The translations under genes were made by a program, and so were the position numbers. From Schmidtea polychroa (taxonomy: Eukaryota), in contig CM097885.1 in the NCBI GenBank assembly GCA_044892525.1, forward strand, positions 51,524,001-51,588,000: DNA of 64,000 nt, read 5' to 3'. Below are positions 62,628-64,000 of the stretch, one piece after another. The notes beneath the pieces were generated by a model. It saw nothing but the letters and a program-made list of their open reading frames with translations. It ran no database searches and had not been told where the DNA came from. Within the stretch, counting starts at the first letter, position 1, and each line of letters begins with the position of its first letter.

Positions 62628-63686
62628 TTCAAGGTCAAATTTAAACAAAGACATATGACTCATCAAGGTCATTGAAACAAAGACCATGAGTCATCCTATG
62701 ACTCATAAAATTTTTCAAGGTCATTTAAACAAAGACCATGACTCATCCGATGACTCATCAAGGTCATTTTCAAGGTCATATGACTCATACTATGACTCAT
62801 CAAGGTCAAAAAAATTTTCTCAAGGTCATTTAAACAAAGACCATGACTCATCAAGGTCATTTTCAAGGTCATATGACTCATCTATGACTCACATGACCTT
62901 GAAAATTTTTTTCAAGGTCATATTACTCATCCTATGACTCATCAAGGTCGTTGAAACAAAGACCATGACTCATAGTATGACTCATCAAGGTCATTTTCAA
63001 GGGCGTATGACTCATAGTATGACTCATTTGACCTTGAAAATTTTTTTTCAAGGTCATATGACTCATAGCCTGACTCATCAAGGTCACTTTCAAGGTCGTA
63101 TGACTCATAGTATGACTCATTTGACCTTGAAAAATTTTTTTCAAGGTCATATGTCTCATAGCATGGCTCATCAAGGTCATGTGACTCATAGTATGACTCA
63201 TCAAGGTCATTTTCAAGGGCATATGACTCATAGTATGACTCATCAAGGTCATTTTCAAGGTCGTATGACTCATAGTATGACTCATTTGACCTTGAAAAAT
63301 TTTTTTCAAGGTCATATGACTCATAGTCTGACTCATCAAGGCCATTTTCAAGGCCATATGACTCATAGTATGACTCAGTTGACCTTGAAAAATTTTTTTC
63401 AAGGCCATATGACTCATAGTATGACTCAGTTGACCTTGAAAATTTTTTTTCAAGGTCATATGACTCATCCTATGACTCATCAAGGTCATTTTCAAGGTCA
63501 TATGACTCATCCTATGACTCATCAAGGTCATTCTCAAGGTCATATGACTCATCAAAATTTTCAAGGTCATTTTCAAGGTCATCTGAGTCATCCTATGACT
63601 CATCAAGGTCATTTTCAAGGTCACATGACTCATCCAAGGTCATTCCCAAGGTCATATGAGTCATCGCGATGACTCATCAAGGTCAT
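62628..63686. repeat. Dense array of TCAAGGTCA and TGACTCA motifs
   Basis: Units such as tatgactcatagtatgactcatcaaggtcattttcaaggtca and dyads tgaccttgaaaa-ttttttcaaggtca. Confidence 0.9.
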
Positions 63687-63841
63687 ATTATTATTTTTAA
63701 AAAATATTATTATTTTTATTATTATTTTTAAAAATATTATTATTTTATTTTTAATTTTTTCAAAGTTCCCGCCAACGAAAATTAATAATCGATAGCTCAT
63801 TTTAAAGCTCAATCCAAGACCTTTCGAATGAGCCATATATC

Positions 63842-64000
<159 letters not shown>

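Noticed and set aside
62686..63836. Long MTHSMTHQGHFQG / MSHMTLK repeat ORFs on both strands
   Set aside because: They are open only because the motif array lacks stops; the conservation is at the DNA-motif level.

Overview
This is a very AT-rich eukaryotic (animal-like) window with (TAA)n microsatellites and 36-53 nt introns. It consists almost entirely of nested mobile DNA, and I see no clear intact host gene. The backbone is a Buster-type hAT transposon (7225-42643, TSD ATCTATAC, about 2.6 kb once insertions are removed) that carries two AGTAGT-ended, 6-bp-TSD Polinton/Maverick-type insertions. The first (7279-22389) is a 15.1-kb near-perfect palindrome with about 7.2-7.4 kb arms, a 548-bp spacer and no recognisable Polinton core gene. 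The second (23932-41583) is a decayed Polinton with broken pPolB, a major-capsid stub, a minor capsid and a small basic protein. In its integrase position is an open 655-codon ubiquitin + BEL/Pao Gag + integrase-C-terminus/chromodomain fusion, preceded by a captured proteasome alpha-6 fragment. It also carries a hidden spliced acidic gene. A second hAT inside its pPolB has a triplicated end with two copies of an actin pseudogene. The rest of the window holds a Penelope remnant with a minimal hammerhead ribozyme, a Gypsy element, a piggyBac with one nonsense codon, a Ginger-like remnant and several MITEs. A third Polinton is interrupted by a relative of the palindrome whose end is a dense TCAAGGTCA/TGACTCA array. 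All family assignments come from motif recognition by eye; no database searches were run.
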